Shown here piece after piece: positions 60,825-64,000 of a DNA stretch of 64,000 nucleotides; within the stretch, counting starts at the first letter, position 1; every line of letters starts with the position of its first letter. Origin of the DNA: Rhizodiscina lignyota (Eukaryota); contig ML978122.1 of NCBI GenBank assembly GCA_010015805.1, positions 2,204,453 through 2,268,452 of the forward strand. The letters are read 5' to 3'. The notes below the pieces were generated by a model. It was given only the letters and a program-made list of their open reading frames with translations. It did no database searches and was not told where the DNA came from. Made by a program: the position numbers and the translations under genes.

Positions 60825-63361
60825 TCAGACTATCAAAAGATATTGAGGTACAAATTTCGGCAGCGGCTCGTCTGGGCCCCATTCGTAAATGCCTCTCCAT
60901 TCCGCTTCCCATTTGCCTATCATACCGCACACAGCAACGACTGCACCAGATCCATCATGAGTAAAGGAAGCTGGAACTGGCTTCTGGTCTGTGTTGATGG
61001 CCATGGGTATTAATAGAGCTCCCCTTTGATACCCCTTCAGGTACATGTCAATAATGACTGCAAGATGGGAGTTACACCTCGCTGCCGACGTGCAGTGAAA
61101 TCGGTGAACGCACCACCAGCCTTTGAGGCCTTCAGGGGTCACACGGCAAATATTAATGTCATGTGGTGCCTCCGATAGATGTGCTTGCTGGCCTTTCGCA
61201 TCCTCTTCTGCCGTGGTTCTCACTGCAGGGCAGAGTGGTGCCCAGCTGAAGCCTTTCATGCCCTTCATCCGTGGCGCGCTCGACATGAGAAAACCCGAGT
61301 TCACATGGGATTCACGCGTAGAGCAGTGTCTCCACATCGCTTCGGGGGTCTCGAATACTTCTTTGCTGAACAGCAGGCTCCAAATAACAACATCGTCGCC
61401 GTCCCTGGATGCATGTCTCTGGCTCAGGAGAGCTCCTGCCTCTTCCAAGCTGACGAGTCCTCCCTTAGACAGAGTAGAAAACGGCCCGCTTAACGGAAAG
61501 GGCATCAAATGTTGAGCGGTCAGATAAAGTACGGCGATATCAATAGCTCCATGCACAGAAACGACTTCGAGCAACTCCGTGAGAGAAATGACTGCATTAT
61601 CGGCACACAAGAGATGAATGCTCTTGCGGCCCTTCATCGCTTCCAGGAGAGTCCAAGCTCTTACATTCCAGTCACAAACGAGAAGAACAGCTAGGAGTGT
61701 TTCCATTGTTTTGATGGCGGATGGCGTATAGGTTGTTTCTCCTGGATTGGCCGTTGCCGATTTCTCACGTTGGGACATTTGGATCTCCGAGACATCCAAA
61801 TTCATCAGATCTTTATCACAGACTAGAGTCAACTTACTCGCTGCGAAGACAGAATTAATATTCTCTATTGCTTCCTTTCTGAGCTGATGATCCTGAGGAA
61901 TGCATGGTGTATCCATCCAGTAGGAATCGCAGCCCATCTGCGTGGCCAGAGACTTGTAGCGGCGGTGAAGACATGCGTTGAGACCACCTTCGCTGGGGTC
62001 ATTGGGATTGTGTTCTGGTCTTCCGCCCTGTCCATGGCTCCACACATGTGAAATTGCTATAGTCCGCTCCGACACAGTACAGTAGTGCAGTTCCGTGTCC
62101 GTAGAGACAACGCACACGGCTCGAGCTCCTTGGATATTGAGGTATGAAGCCCTGTTCCAATAAAGCCTTGCACAACGTCCTGGCCCCGGACAAAGAATAT
62201 CATGAGCTGACTGATCGACGATTACAGCTCCTTTGAAGCGCTTGCAGTGCTCAGGAGACTTGCCATCGCACTGCCCACTCCCTGGCAACAGGCATCTTGC
62301 AGGACGACTGCCAAAGACATCGCTAAAACGGGCGTGAAAGCGTCTGAAGTCAAACGTGACGGCCGATCGTTCCGTGCACACCAATCGAAAGGCCCAGGTG
62401 CACATATAATCCGGTATGTGTTGAGTCTTTCCATGCTGAGTCCGCTCATTCGCAAATACGGCTCTTGAAATTGGTGTTCCTCGCATTGCCAAATCAGTAT
62501 TCCATACAGAGATATAACCATTGTCCAAGTAAATGCGCAGGGCATTCCTGTTACACAACACCGTTATATCGTGGTTCTATGACATAAGTTTATCGACCTG
62601 TTGAAGTATTGAAGTACTCACCAGAAAAAAAGCATTGTGATTCTTTGCCAAGATGACCACAGGAAGGCTTGTGCAATGAAGATGAATTGCTTATGGTTCT
62701 CATCACAAGGTTCTTTTGATAGCAGGATCATCTCTTCTAGCAAGTCTGCTGTTGTATCGCCCAACCGTCGGAGTCTGCCGGGAAATGGGGCGGTTTCACT
62801 TCCATCAGCTAAGATCAACGCAAGCCGCAAGATATTGGAATTGAAATCGACAGAAACAGTCAGATTTGCCCATGTTTCGTGAACTGTCGAGTTATTTGAG
62901 ACCTGCTTCTTGAAGTAGTGCTTTGGTAAAGAATGTAAAGGAGTTTGGCACAATTCCAACCGAAACTCAACCGGATCGTGTGGAAGTCTTGCAAGTATTC
63001 CTTCTGCTCTCGCCACAAGTGCATCGGTCTCAGCTTCATCACGTTTCTCGACAAAAACACAACTAACGAGTTTTGTGTATACTTGGTCGAGTCCATGGAA
63101 ATGGCCTTGAGAATCTGCAGCCGCCGTGACGAGATCAGCACAATACTGCCCGATTGAGACGTATTCATCCTCAGAGGCGTGACCGATCCCACCATAGTAG
63201 ATACGTTTCCCATCCTTGTACTGCACAGACCCATGACAGTCGAGTCTAGACTTATCAGGTGATGGGGACAGGTTTGAGCTGTGGTGTTTCCAGATGCGTG
63301 TCAACCGCTTTCTTAAAGTTTCAGCATCAGATTGAGCGTAGACATCTTCTATGTACGACAT
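60825..63361 (-). CDS. HET-domain-containing protein with long N-terminal extension; intron 62548-62621
   Basis: Spliced WQRITMLFFW|NALRIYL; AISHVWSHGQGG, YWMDTPCIP, R.EAI..IN..F..S..TLVCD, CDWNVRAWTLLE, RHASRDGDDVVIWSLL. Confidence 0.8.
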
Positions 63362-63825
63362 GTGATATATCGACTGGAAATTTGGCACTGTGCGAAGGAC
63401 ACGAGTAAAATATATGTGATGTCTTGTGGAGGGTGTATACAAAGGAAAGGAACGCAGTTACTCTATGCATAAGGGGTGAGTGGCGTTTCGGATACGATAT
63501 CCTAGAGCGCTCTAGGTAACTGGAATTCTACCGAGATTTGTCCATGAATCGCAAGAAAATGGAGAGAATTGTCGACGTCTTCCAATCGATCACAAGACTA
63601 CCGATGGTGCCTCTGAAATTCATCGAACACTAACTGCGCAGTCACTATTCGGAGCTCAAAGAGAGCCATTTCCTCTGGGAATCTGATCCTACTTGGGAAA
63701 AGCTTCTAGTCGCACAGTTCATAAGCCGAAGCCTGATTTGTATCGCGCTGCAAATTGCGATTATCTAACATACCAACCCAAGCTGAAAAGAAACATAGAA
63801 GTCAAACTTTTGGCTATTTCCCCTA

Positions 63826-64000
63826 CTAGATTATTGCATTTCGATACGTTGCTGACTCGTAAGCTCGTCATACCAACGCACTCGCTCCTGGATAATCTTG
63901 TCCAACAGCTCGACCGGGTCGTACTCCTTATAGCTCTCCTTCATCTTCTCTGCATTCTGTTTGTAGCTCGGATTCGACAGGATCTCATCTACAGAAGCCG
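63826..64000 (-). CDS. 3' end of a probable UDP-glycosyltransferase (GT1), truncated by the window edge
   Basis: Minus frame reads ASVDEILSNPSYKQNAEKMKESYKEYDPVELLDKII...*, resembling the fungal UGT C-terminal helix. Confidence 0.55.

Overview
Gene-dense, intron-containing nuclear DNA from a filamentous ascomycete (Pezizomycotina; GT-AG introns with CTRAC-type branch points). About 33 genes or gene remnants are recognisable. Conserved housekeeping genes (BUB3, GPN2, RPO41, RIP1, YND1, an SDR polyol dehydrogenase, a PhoD-like phosphatase) alternate with accessory islands. Main observations: (1) a compact five-gene catabolic cluster at 14.3-21.2 kb (LigI/COG3618-like amidohydrolase, ACS-type MFS permease, D-2-hydroxyacid dehydrogenase, RraA/HMG-type aldolase, Ldh_2 oxidoreductase) with unknown substrate; (2) a tandem array of three paralogues at 32.7-37.4 kb encoding basic-N-terminus proteins with a CXC-like Cys cluster plus a His/Cys zinc-finger-like C-terminus, each copy interrupted near the CXC domain, two of them preceded by triple ACGCGT boxes; (3) three stand-alone HET-domain genes, one carrying a RIP-like stop; (4) several accessory genes with single premature stops next to intact core genes. 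No rRNA, tRNA, CRISPR array or intact transposon was seen. Gene models were spliced by eye and family calls come from motif recognition, not database searches.
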